Assembly: GCA_002869165.1 (NCBI GenBank)
Contig: PKTK01000001.1
Coordinates: 251,362 to 315,361 of the forward strand
DNA from: Candidatus Parcubacteria bacterium
GTDB lineage: Bacteria; Patescibacteriota; Patescibacteriia; Patescibacteriales; UBA12075
Direction of reading: 5' to 3'
DNA length: 64,000 bases
A model generated the notes under the pieces. It saw only the letters and a program-made list of their open reading frames with translations. It searched no databases and had not been told where the DNA came from. Both the position numbers and the translations under genes were made by a program. Shown here in pieces: positions 47,262 through 56,931 of the stretch (its first letter is position 1; each line of letters starts with the position of its first letter).

Positions 47262-48206
47262 ATGCAAGAAATTATAAATAAAACTGAATTAGCAATAGGC
47301 TTTATTACCTATAACCATCAAACGGCAAAATATTTGCCGTATTTTTTGGATAGTCTAAATAAGCAGAGTTATAGTAATTTTTTAATATATGTAATAGATA
47401 ATAGTGACGAAGGAAATAATATTAATAGAGACGTGATTGCAAGTTCTGGGCTTAATATTTGTTATGAAAAGCAAAGCAAAAACATCGGCTTTGCCCGGGC
47501 CTACAATTTAATGATGGAAAAGGCAAGAGAAAATGGGGTAGATTATTTTTTGGTGCTAAACACAGATATTATTTTTTCAGAAAATGTTATAGAGGAGCTA
47601 ATGAAAGCCATTAAGGCAGATGAAAAACTTTCTTCGGTTTGCCCTAAGCTTCTTGAATGGGATTTTGAGAACAGAAAGCAAACAAATATAATTGATTCTT
47701 GTGGTATCGTTATGACCAAAGCATTACGCTTTTTAGACCTAGGTCAGTCAGAGCTTGATAATGGGCAGTATGATGATCGAGAGATATTGGGAGCTAGTGG
47801 AGCATTTTCTCTTTTTCGCATGAATGCGCTTAGAAAAATTAAAGATGACCATGGTTATTATGATGAGAGAATGTTTATGTATAAAGAAGATTGTGATTTA
47901 GCTTATAGATTAAATAAGGCGGGTTTTAAGTCAAGATGTGTTATCTCGCAGCTTGCCTATCATGACAGGTCGGCTAGAAGTAAAGGGAGAAGATTGATAA
48001 ATATTTTAAAGAATAGAAAAAGCAAAAATAGACAAATTAAGCAATGGTCACTTGAAAATCAAATATTGATATTTAAAAAACATTGGTCGGATCAAAATTT
48101 TTTGCAAAAAACATCTATTTTATTTCATTTGATGTTCTTGTTCGTATATATTTTCTTTTTTGAAATGTATTTATTAAGAATATTTTTAATTGCGTTAAAA
48201 AAATGA
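47262..48206 (+). CDS. glycosyltransferase family 2
   Basis: GT-A fold; DNS/DxD-like region, ED motif. Confidence 0.75.
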   Translation: MQEIINKTELAIGFITYNHQTAKYLPYFLDSLNKQSYSNFLIYVIDNSDEGNNINRDVIASSGLNICYEKQSKNIGFARAYNLMMEKARENGVDYFLVLNTDIIFSENVIEELMKAIKADEKLSSVCPKLLEWDFENRKQTNIIDSCGIVMTKALRFLDLGQSELDNGQYDDREILGASGAFSLFRMNALRKIKDDHGYYDERMFMYKEDCDLAYRLNKAGFKSRCVISQLAYHDRSARSKGRRLINILKNRKSKNRQIKQWSLENQILIFKKHWSDQNFLQKTSILFHLMFLFVYIFFFEMYLLRIFLIALKK

Positions 48207-49063
48207 AACTCTCAATCATTATAGTTTCTTGGAATAAAGAAAAGAAATTAAAGAAAAACATAGAAGCTATCAAAGCAAGTCGAGTTGATTTTGACTATGA
48301 AATTTTTGTAGTGGATAATAATTCGCATGACAATACAGTTGAGATGATTAGACGGGATTTTCCGCAAGTTAAGTTAATAGCTAATAAGGAGAATTTAGGT
48401 TTTGCCCGGGCTAATAATCAAGCAATAAAAAAAGCCAGTGGTGAGTATATCTTGCTTTTAAATCCTGATATGCTTGTTAAATTAGACACATTACAGAACA
48501 TGATAGGCTGGTTTGGTAGCAAGGAGAAAGCATGGGTTGCAGGCTGTCATTTAGTAGACGAAAAGGGGAGAACCATCAAACATGTAAGACTTTTTCCTAC
48601 GCTATATGATCAAATGATGATAGTATTAAAAATACCACATTTCTTCCCTAAAGTTTTAAATAATTATTTATGGGTAGATTTTGATTATAATACAGAATCA
48701 CAAGTTGATTCTATTCGAGGTGGATTTTTTATGATTCGTAAAAGTAAATTCGATGGCTTACCGCTTCTTGATGAGCGATATTTTTTGTGGTTTGAAGAAG
48801 TTGATTTTTGTAGAATGGTTCGTGAAAAAGGCGGACGAGTGTATTATACACCAGTAGCCAAGTGCATTGATTATGTGGGACAATCGTTTATCCAGGTAAA
48901 AAGATTTAAAACTCAGAAATATTTTAGAGATTCAATGCTCAAGTACTTTTTGAAATGGCAGGGTACTTTTTCGTTTTTAGTTTTGTATATTGCCTGGATG
49001 CCAATTTTGTTTTTCGCTTATTTAGTGGACTTGTTTAAAATAAAGACTAAAGCCAAAACATAA
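48203..49063 (+). CDS. glycosyltransferase family 2
   Basis: LSIIIVSWNK...VVDNNSHDNT. Confidence 0.8.
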   Translation: MKLSIIIVSWNKEKKLKKNIEAIKASRVDFDYEIFVVDNNSHDNTVEMIRRDFPQVKLIANKENLGFARANNQAIKKASGEYILLLNPDMLVKLDTLQNMIGWFGSKEKAWVAGCHLVDEKGRTIKHVRLFPTLYDQMMIVLKIPHFFPKVLNNYLWVDFDYNTESQVDSIRGGFFMIRKSKFDGLPLLDERYFLWFEEVDFCRMVREKGGRVYYTPVAKCIDYVGQSFIQVKRFKTQKYFRDSMLKYFLKWQGTFSFLVLYIAWMPILFFAYLVDLFKIKTKAKT

Positions 49064-49064
49064 T

Positions 49065-49664
49065 ATGCTAGACAAAACTTACAAAAGAGCAAATAAAGAT
49101 ATTAATAAACACATGGTGAAAAAGGCACAGCACAATAATGCCATGTGGTTTTATAATCTTCACATTAAAGAAGTAGTTGAGTGTGCTAGACAATTACTCC
49201 CTCTATACAATTCCGATGAGAAGGTAGTAACGCTTGCTTGTTGGCTTCATGATGTAAGTCTTCTTTATGTTGAGTCACAGAATAATATGATTGATGCGCA
49301 TAAGATTCATCATACGGAAAGCGCTAAAATTGCCGATGAGTTATTGAAGCCTTATAAAATGGATAAACAAGAAAAAGATTTGATTATTAGTTGTGTGCAG
49401 TATCATAGAAATAAGTCAGGCTATCAGCCAAAAAAAACGGAAGAAAAGATTGTAGCGGTAGCTGATGCTATGTCTCACTTCACCTCACTTTATTATTTTA
49501 CCTATTTTAAATTTAACCCCAATGATTCCTTAGAGGAAATGATCTTAAAGCGAAAAAAACAAATAGAGAAAGATTGGAATAAATTGGATATATTGCCAAA
49601 ATCAAAAAAAATAGTTAAAGACAAATATTTATTTTTTAAGGAGCTGATTAATAACTACACTTAG
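49065..49664 (+). CDS. HD-domain-like protein
   Basis: WLHDVS and QYHRNK motifs; 199 aa. Confidence 0.45.
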   Translation: MLDKTYKRANKDINKHMVKKAQHNNAMWFYNLHIKEVVECARQLLPLYNSDEKVVTLACWLHDVSLLYVESQNNMIDAHKIHHTESAKIADELLKPYKMDKQEKDLIISCVQYHRNKSGYQPKKTEEKIVAVADAMSHFTSLYYFTYFKFNPNDSLEEMILKRKKQIEKDWNKLDILPKSKKIVKDKYLFFKELINNYT

Positions 49665-49700
49665 TGATTGTAAACAATCTCAAGAGTTATTCTTAATTTT

Positions 49701-49813
49701 TGTCATTCCGAACGGAGCGAGGAATCCCTTAGATGTTGAAATATAAGCATTTTTACTATTTTGACGTTTAAGGGATCTCTTCAGTCTTTTCCCTCGTTAC
49801 GAGATGACAAGGA
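49701..49813. repeat. hairpin/MITE-like repeat of the GTCATTCC...GGAATCC...GATGACAAG family
   Basis: Arms GTCATTCCGAACGGAGCGAGGAATCCCTT and AAGGGATCTCTTCAGTCTTTTCCCTCGTTACGAGATGACAAGG, homologous to the arms at 1563-1622 and 1977-2017. Confidence 0.65.
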
Positions 49814-49840
49814 AGTGTTTGTGAGTAGTATTTTATAGTT

Positions 49841-50896
49841 ATGAAAAAAATTGCCCTAGTAATAAGTCCTAACTACAAGGACTATGCCAAGAAGTATTTA
49901 AAAGAGTGCATGGAGAGTATCCGTGCACAGGTTTTCGATGAGGAGATTAAGGTGTTTATCACTGATAACGAAACTAGCCCAGAGTCATATAAATTATTGA
50001 GAGAATTAGCTCCAGAAGCAGAGTTGGTTTTAAACAAAGGGAATGACGGCTTTGCCAAAGGATGTAATGATTCAATTAGATTAGCACTACAAGAAACATT
50101 TGATTATATAATGCTTATAAACATGGATACTGTGTGTGATAAGTATATGTTACGAAATATTATAGAATACGCAGAGAGAACACCTGACACTGCTATCATT
50201 CAAGCTAGGGTAATGCTTTATGATAAACCTGAACGAGTAAATACAATTGGCAATGAAACTCATTTTTTAGGTTTTGGGTATGGTAATGGTTATAACAAGA
50301 AATGTAGTGAGATTATGAATGATGTAAAAGATGAGATATTTTATCCTTCTGGCTCAGCCATTTTGATTCGTGCAGAGTCTCTAAATGAAATTGGTTTATT
50401 TGATGAAAAAATGTGGATGTATAATGAAGACCAAGATTTAGGTTGGAAAACATGGTTGGCAGGTCATAATGTTAAGTTGGCAAAGGATGCGGTGATATAT
50501 CACAAATACGAATTTGCCAAATCAATCAAACAATATTATTTCATGGACCGTAATAGAATAATTGAAATTTTGAAAAATTATAAATTTTTAACTTTAGTTT
50601 TAATATTCCCAGCCTTTTTTGTAATGGAGTTAGGTTTGGTTCTTTTTTCCTTGGGGAATGGTTGGTTTAAAGAAAAGCTCAAAGTTTGGAGCTTTTTCTT
50701 TCGTCCTAGTACCTGGATTTACTTATACAGGGAAAGATTAAAAACTAAAGAAATTAGAAAAATCAAAGACAGAGATATACTGAAATTAATGCAAGGGGAG
50801 ATAAAGTTTCAAGAAATAAATGACTGGAAATTAAAACTTGCCAATCCCGTATTAAGATGCTATTTTAGTATATTGAAAATAGTTGTTTTTTGGTAA
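49841..50896 (+). CDS. glycosyltransferase family 2
   Basis: GT-A fold; N-terminal IALVISPNYKD and DxD-like region. Confidence 0.75.
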   Translation: MKKIALVISPNYKDYAKKYLKECMESIRAQVFDEEIKVFITDNETSPESYKLLRELAPEAELVLNKGNDGFAKGCNDSIRLALQETFDYIMLINMDTVCDKYMLRNIIEYAERTPDTAIIQARVMLYDKPERVNTIGNETHFLGFGYGNGYNKKCSEIMNDVKDEIFYPSGSAILIRAESLNEIGLFDEKMWMYNEDQDLGWKTWLAGHNVKLAKDAVIYHKYEFAKSIKQYYFMDRNRIIEILKNYKFLTLVLIFPAFFVMELGLVLFSLGNGWFKEKLKVWSFFFRPSTWIYLYRERLKTKEIRKIKDRDILKLMQGEIKFQEINDWKLKLANPVLRCYFSILKIVVFW

Positions 50897-50898
50897 AG

Positions 50899-50933
50899 AG
50901 GTATTAATAGGGTATTAATACCATATTAATACC
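50899..50933. promoter_or_regulatory. three copies of GTATTAATA including the perfect 12-bp palindrome GGTATTAATACC in the intergenic spacer
   Basis: AGGTATTAATAGGGTATTAATACCATATTAATACC read directly. Confidence 0.5.
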
Positions 50934-50959
50934 TTATTTTAATTTTTAATTCTAAAAAA

Positions 50960-51781
50960 GTGGATATAAGTATTATAATTTTAAATTACAAATCAAAAGG
51001 TTTTGTGATGAATTGTATTAAGTCAATTACAGAGGCTGATTTTGAATTTGGAGATAGAAAATTACAATATGAAATAATTGTAGTGGATAATAATTCCGAC
51101 GATAAGATAAGAGAAATTTTGGCGTGGCAATTTCCGCAAGTTGTTTTTATTCAAAACGATGTTAATGTAGGCATGGGAGCAGGAAATAATGTGGGAATAA
51201 AAAGAGCCAGAGGAAAGTATATAGTTGTAATGAATCCAGATACGATTGCTTTTAAAGACACTTTTACCGGACTTTTTAAATTCATGGAGGAAAATAAGCG
51301 AGTGGGAGTTGTGGGCCCCAAGCAACTTAACCCTGATAAAAGTATACAAAATTCCTGTTATCGGTGGCCAACCTTAATGACTCCAATCTATCGCCGAACC
51401 CCACTAGGAAATTTTCGATTCGCACAGAAAGACCTAGACTCATATTTAATGAAAGATTTTGATCATAATAGTACCAAGGAAGTTGATTGGCTTCTAGGGT
51501 CTTTTTTGTTTATCAATAAAAAAGCTTTGGACGATGTTGGTCTTTTTGACGAAAGATTTTTTATGTATTTTGAAGATATTGATTTTTGCCGGAGATTTTG
51601 GCAAAAAGAATGGGAAGTAGTATACTTTCCTCTTGTGTCAATAATTCACAATCACACAAGAGATAGTGCTAAAACAAGGTGGTATAAGTTCTTTACAAAT
51701 AAATTAGCCAGACAGCATACGCTTAGTTGGCTGAAATACCTTAATAAATGGGGGATTGCAAATAGTGAAAAAAATAAATAA
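50960..51781 (+). CDS. glycosyltransferase family 2
   Basis: ISIIILNYKS...VVDNNSDD. Confidence 0.8.
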   Translation: MDISIIILNYKSKGFVMNCIKSITEADFEFGDRKLQYEIIVVDNNSDDKIREILAWQFPQVVFIQNDVNVGMGAGNNVGIKRARGKYIVVMNPDTIAFKDTFTGLFKFMEENKRVGVVGPKQLNPDKSIQNSCYRWPTLMTPIYRRTPLGNFRFAQKDLDSYLMKDFDHNSTKEVDWLLGSFLFINKKALDDVGLFDERFFMYFEDIDFCRRFWQKEWEVVYFPLVSIIHNHTRDSAKTRWYKFFTNKLARQHTLSWLKYLNKWGIANSEKNK

Positions 51782-52622
51782 AGCAGTAATAGCAGTTGCA
51801 GGTTCTGGAACAAGATTTTTACCAGCTACTAAGGCACTTCCCAAGGAAATGTTGCCGATTATTGATAAGCCGATCATTCAATTAGTAGTTGAAGAATTAG
51901 TAGAAGCTGGGATTACTAAAATTATTTTTGTAACCAGGAGTGACAAGAAACCGTTGGAGGACCATTTTGACCATTCAGCAGCTTTGGAGTATGAATTAGA
52001 TAAATCAGGTAAGACCAATCGCCTGAAAGAAGTAAGTCGTGTTGCTGAAATGGCAAATTTTGCCTATATAAGACAAAAAGGTCCTTATGGCAATGGAGCA
52101 CCACTTCTTTCGGCTGCAGATTGGATAAAAGAGACTGAAGATTTCGTTTATTGCTTTGGTGATGATATTGTAATGTCGTATATATCCTTTACCAAGCAAA
52201 TGATAAGCGAGTATATGAGACATGGCTCACCAATTATTGGAGTTCAAGAAGTTCCGAGAGACCAAGTAAATCGTTATGGTATTGTTGAAACAGATAAAGA
52301 AAACCGGATGCTTAGCATAATCGAAAAGCCAAGCATAATTGAAGCACCATCGAATTATGCAAGTTTTGGGCGCATGATTCTAAATCAAGAAATTCTTGAA
52401 ATATTAAAAAAGACAGAATGTGGCAAAGACGGTGAACTTTGGATGACTGATGCTATAAAGGAATATGTGGCTAGGGGTGGAACAATGTACGTGAAGCCTG
52501 TTGAAAATGGTCAATGGTATACAACTGGAGATCCAATCAGTCTATTTAAGGCAAATTTTGTCCAGTGGATGGATCATGGGAGCAAAGAAGAAATTCTTGA
52601 ATTTGTAAAAGAGTATATTTAA
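51756..52622 (+). CDS. galU: UTP--glucose-1-phosphate uridylyltransferase
   Basis: KAVIAVAGSGTRFLPATKALPKEMLPIIDKPIIQ signature. Confidence 0.85.
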   Translation: MQIVKKINKAVIAVAGSGTRFLPATKALPKEMLPIIDKPIIQLVVEELVEAGITKIIFVTRSDKKPLEDHFDHSAALEYELDKSGKTNRLKEVSRVAEMANFAYIRQKGPYGNGAPLLSAADWIKETEDFVYCFGDDIVMSYISFTKQMISEYMRHGSPIIGVQEVPRDQVNRYGIVETDKENRMLSIIEKPSIIEAPSNYASFGRMILNQEILEILKKTECGKDGELWMTDAIKEYVARGGTMYVKPVENGQWYTTGDPISLFKANFVQWMDHGSKEEILEFVKEYI

Positions 52623-52685
52623 ACAAGAAGTAAATTTTGTAAAAAAAAGATCAGCTTTTGGCTGGTCTTTTTAATTTTGAATATT

Positions 52686-54035
52686 TTACTGAATAAAAGA
52701 CTTATACAACGTTTTTTTGTCTTCAGCGGTTGTTGTGTAGTAGAGAATATTACCCTTTTTGTTTAATATCATTTCTTCAATCCCAGTAGTATTTATAATT
52801 TTGGTAATACTTCTTTTTTCTCTATTGTCCAGTTCTAGAATATATACTCCTTCTACAGTGGAAAATAATATGTAGTTATCACTTGGGTGCCATTTGAGGT
52901 CAGTTATTTTTTCACTAATTCTGGTTAATAGTTTTTTCTCAAGATTGTCTAGGCTAAAAAGCCATATTTCATGACCGTTAGAAAAAATCATTTTTTCATC
53001 ATAAACCCAATCTAGATATTCAATTCCATAAAGAACGTCTATCAATGGTCTGATGTTTGAGAAAGGATCAATTAAATAAAGTATTTGGTGCTTTGAATCA
53101 ATAAGATTGATGAGTCGGTGATCGATTTTTATGAACTCATAGTCAGAATAAGGCAAGTCGGTGGAAGCAACTAGATTAAGAGTATTTTGATCAAGCACTT
53201 TTAAAGTGTTTTTAGATCCATTTTTTTCAATTATGTAAATATAATTATTTTTGATAATAAATGATTGAATGTAATTATTTTCTAAAAGCTCTTGAGTTGA
53301 GTTGTTGGAGAAACTGTAAAGAAAAAGTTTGCCATTCAGATAAAAATAAAGATTATTACTATTGTTGTAGTCCCAGGCAATATATTCTGAATTATCTGAA
53401 ATTATATCGGAAATATTTTGGGCTTCTTCCCATTCATTTACCTTGAAAAAAAAGTTACTATAAAGAAATTTTTTAGAATTATATGACCAGGCTCCGATAT
53501 CTTGATAGATATCTTTATTTAATAAAAATTCATTTTGGGTATTGTTATCTAAGTTGTATAGTTTTATTGTGTTTTCCGTTCTATTGGCCATGTAGCGGTT
53601 ATCAGGTGAAATATAGATGTCATTAATTGATAAATTGGAAACAAAACTAGATTCATCATTTTTGAACAAATAGATATCTTCAGCAAAAGTGGTTTGACCT
53701 GGTTTTATTTCTAGTTTTTTTTCCCAGGACCAACGACCTTCCAATTCTACTCTAATTTCATATTCACCAGGAGAAATACCTTTTATTTTAGCAGGTGTTT
53801 TAATATAGCTTGATTCATCTTTGATAATTTTACCCCAGAGTTTTTGAGCAGCTTCATCATTAATATAGATCTTTGCTCCGTTTGGTTCGGTATCAATCAC
53901 TAAAATACCTGATTTTTGGATTTTAAAACCTGAATCAAGATTATATCCCAGGGCATAAAAAATTAGCGTTGGTGTTATTATGAAAAACGCTAATAAAAAA
54001 GTAAAGTATAATATTTTTCTTTGTTTTAAAGTCAT
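52686..54035 (-). CDS. membrane-anchored secreted protein with PEGA-like domain and beta-propeller-like repeats
   Basis: N-terminal TM; GILVIDTEPNGAKIYINDE (PEGA-like); repetitive Y/N/W-rich C-terminal region. Confidence 0.5.
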   Translation of the reverse strand: MTLKQRKILYFTFLLAFFIITPTLIFYALGYNLDSGFKIQKSGILVIDTEPNGAKIYINDEAAQKLWGKIIKDESSYIKTPAKIKGISPGEYEIRVELEGRWSWEKKLEIKPGQTTFAEDIYLFKNDESSFVSNLSINDIYISPDNRYMANRTENTIKLYNLDNNTQNEFLLNKDIYQDIGAWSYNSKKFLYSNFFFKVNEWEEAQNISDIISDNSEYIAWDYNNSNNLYFYLNGKLFLYSFSNNSTQELLENNYIQSFIIKNNYIYIIEKNGSKNTLKVLDQNTLNLVASTDLPYSDYEFIKIDHRLINLIDSKHQILYLIDPFSNIRPLIDVLYGIEYLDWVYDEKMIFSNGHEIWLFSLDNLEKKLLTRISEKITDLKWHPSDNYILFSTVEGVYILELDNREKRSITKIINTTGIEEMILNKKGNILYYTTTAEDKKTLYKSFIQ

Positions 54036-55292
54036 TTAAATTCTTTTTATATTTGCCCCAATTGTTGCTAAACGTTCATCAATATTCTCATAACCTCTGT
54101 CTATTTGATAAATATTATCAATTTCTGTAGTTCCTTCAGCAGAGAGAGCAGCAATGATCATAGCAATACCTGCTCTTAGATCAGGACTGGTCAGTTTTTT
54201 GCCATATAGTTTACTTGGTCCGTTGATAACTACGCGATGTGGGTCGCACATTACAATATTAGCTCCCATTTGAGAAAGCATGTCCACGAAAAGTAAGCGT
54301 CTATCATAGATGGTTTCGTGAATAATCGAAATGCCTTCCGCTTGAGTCATTAAAACTGTGTAAGGAGACTGTAAATCAGTAGGAAAGCCAGGGTATTCAT
54401 GAGTTTTTATACTATTAGCAATCAATTTTTTGTTTTTGAATATTTTTATATAATCTTTACCCGTTTCAAATTTTATACCAATTTTGTCAAAGGCAACTAA
54501 CAAAGCTTTGACGTGTTCTGGTTCGCAATCAGTTATTTTTAGCTCTGATTTGGTCATGGCAGCTAGGATAGCAAAAGAACCAGTTTCAATTCGATCAGGA
54601 ATGACTCGGAAATCTTTGGCTGTTATTCTTTTCACACCTTTGATAGTTATGTTTGGTGTTCCGGCTTCTTCGATCTGAGCCCCACAAGAATTTAAATAGT
54701 CAGCTAGAGCTTTAATCTCTGGTTCCATAGCACAGTTTTCCAAAATAGTTGTACCTTCAGCAAGTACAGCAGTCATCATAAATGTTTCAGTAGCAGTAAC
54801 AGATATTAAGGGAAAGAAATGACGACAGGCTTTCAATCCTTCTGTCTTTAATCTATAGAGACCGTCAGATTGTTCAATTTGAGCTCCAAAGGCCTTGAAG
54901 CCTTCAATAAATAGATCAATCGGTCTTCCGCCAGCTCCAATAACGCATCCTCCAGGATGTGGAAATGAAACTTCTTTGAACCTAGCTAGTAGTGGCCCGA
55001 CAAACATAATAGAAGCTCTGAATTTATTGGCTAATTTGGGATTAATATCAGTTTTTTTTATGGTGTCTGTACTTATTTTTGCTTGAGATTCTTTTTTGTC
55101 TATGTTAGCTCCCAAATCACTTAAAAGTTCCATTGCTTTATCAACATCTTCTATTTTTGGCAAATTAGTGATTTTTATTTCATCACTAGAAAGAATAGAA
55201 GCAGGGATTATTTTGAGAGCGGAATTTTTGGCCCCTTTCACTGTTATTTCACCTTTTAGTTTATTAGGGCCCTTGATAAGAAATTTTGACAT
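54036..55292 (-). CDS. murA: UDP-N-acetylglucosamine 1-carboxyvinyltransferase
   Basis: 418 aa; KGAKNSALKIIPASIL N-terminal signature and an EPSP-synthase-like fold. Confidence 0.9.
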   Translation of the reverse strand: MSKFLIKGPNKLKGEITVKGAKNSALKIIPASILSSDEIKITNLPKIEDVDKAMELLSDLGANIDKKESQAKISTDTIKKTDINPKLANKFRASIMFVGPLLARFKEVSFPHPGGCVIGAGGRPIDLFIEGFKAFGAQIEQSDGLYRLKTEGLKACRHFFPLISVTATETFMMTAVLAEGTTILENCAMEPEIKALADYLNSCGAQIEEAGTPNITIKGVKRITAKDFRVIPDRIETGSFAILAAMTKSELKITDCEPEHVKALLVAFDKIGIKFETGKDYIKIFKNKKLIANSIKTHEYPGFPTDLQSPYTVLMTQAEGISIIHETIYDRRLLFVDMLSQMGANIVMCDPHRVVINGPSKLYGKKLTSPDLRAGIAMIIAALSAEGTTEIDNIYQIDRGYENIDERLATIGANIKRI

Positions 55293-55519
55293 TTTTTTAA
55301 TTAATTTATTCTAATATCAGTATAGCTTAAATACTGATAAATTCAAGTAGAAAAAAGAAGAATTGATATTATAAAAATAAAGGGATAATTTTCAAAAAGT
55401 GCATAGAGTTTATATATAAGTTTTGAATATATTTTGTTATTTGTCAGAAAATAAAAAAATATGGTATTATTAAGAAAGTGAACCTGCGTTCAAAACAGGA
55501 TAAATTTTATTTTTATTAA

Positions 55520-56875
55520 ATGTACAAAATTACCATCATGCCAAAAAAAAGAAGAATACTTAGAAAGATAATTAGTTTTTTGATTATTGTTTGTGTTGTT
55601 GTAATAAGTTATTTTGCTGGAATATACAGTGTGGGAAAAAATAAATATGTTGACAAAATAGCCGAAGAAGAAGTTGCTTATGTTGGTGAAGTGATAAATA
55701 AATATTCTGCATTTGAAGATGAAGAGTTTGATGAAGATGTTGATTTTGAACTTTTTTGGGATGTCTGGGATAGTTTGAAGGCTACTTATATTGATGGAGA
55801 TGAATTAAGCGACAAAAAGCTTTTTTACGGAGCTTTGAAAGGTATGATTAACTCAGTGGGAGATCCCTATACTGTCTACATGGAACCAAAGATTTCCAAG
55901 GAGTTCCAAGAGGATTTAGCTGGTACCTTTGAAGGAATTGGTGCTGAGATTGGTATTAAAAAAGATGTTTTAACCATCATAGCTCCTTTGCCTGACATGC
56001 CAGCAGAAAAAGCAGGGCTCAAAGCAGGGGACAAGGTTTTGGCCATTGATGGAGAATCAACTCAAGGTATCAGTATAGATGAGGCAGTCAACAAAATTCG
56101 AGGTGAAAAAGGAACAATAGTTACTTTATCTATTATGCGTAATGATCAAGATTTGGAGGATATTGATATTAAGAGAGGAAAGATCGTAGTAAGTAGTATC
56201 AATACCGAAGTTACGGATGAGAATTATTTAATTATTAAAGTAAGTAATTTTAATAACGATACCGAAGAGCTTTTTTCTAAGGCGGTCAGAGAAGCTATTG
56301 ATATAAATGCTGCTGGTATTATTCTTGATTTAAGAAATAATCCGGGCGGTTATTTGGAAACTGCTATTGAGATGGCTAGTGAATGGGTAGAAGATGGTAT
56401 TATTGTAGTCGAGGAATTTTCAGATGAAGCAATGCGAAATGAACATCTAGCCAGAGGTAGAGCTAGGCTAAAAGATTTTTCAACTATTGTTTTAGTAAAT
56501 AAGGGTTCTGCATCAGCTTCTGAGATCGTTTCTGGAGCTTTACAAGATCATGACAAGGCCTTGATAGTTGGTGAACAATCTTTTGGTAAGGGTTCGGTTC
56601 AGACGGTTGAGAAATTCAATGATGGTTCTTCACTTAAGGTAACTATTGCTAAGTGGTTAACGCCAAATGGCAGAAGTATCAATGATGAAGGAATTTCTCC
56701 AGATTTGGAAGTAGCTTATACTGTCGAGGATTATCAAAATGATATAGACCCACAGTTAGATGCCGCCAAAGAGCTTATCGCAAACGGTTTGGATATTGAC
56801 AAGTATAAGCAGGCACATCCTACTGAAGAAGAAGAGATAGCTACGAGCACTGAAGAAGAAGTGATAAACGAATAA
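55520..56875 (+). CDS. carboxyl-terminal processing protease (S41) with PDZ domain
   Basis: N-terminal TM; PDZ GLKAGDKVLAIDGEST; catalytic Ser motif GSASASEIVSGALQD; LDLRNNPGG. Confidence 0.85.
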   Translation: MYKITIMPKKRRILRKIISFLIIVCVVVISYFAGIYSVGKNKYVDKIAEEEVAYVGEVINKYSAFEDEEFDEDVDFELFWDVWDSLKATYIDGDELSDKKLFYGALKGMINSVGDPYTVYMEPKISKEFQEDLAGTFEGIGAEIGIKKDVLTIIAPLPDMPAEKAGLKAGDKVLAIDGESTQGISIDEAVNKIRGEKGTIVTLSIMRNDQDLEDIDIKRGKIVVSSINTEVTDENYLIIKVSNFNNDTEELFSKAVREAIDINAAGIILDLRNNPGGYLETAIEMASEWVEDGIIVVEEFSDEAMRNEHLARGRARLKDFSTIVLVNKGSASASEIVSGALQDHDKALIVGEQSFGKGSVQTVEKFNDGSSLKVTIAKWLTPNGRSINDEGISPDLEVAYTVEDYQNDIDPQLDAAKELIANGLDIDKYKQAHPTEEEEIATSTEEEVINE

Positions 56876-56931
56876 TAAATTAAAAATATTTAATATCTTT
56901 TTTGTGATGAACAAAAAAGAGAAGTATCACT

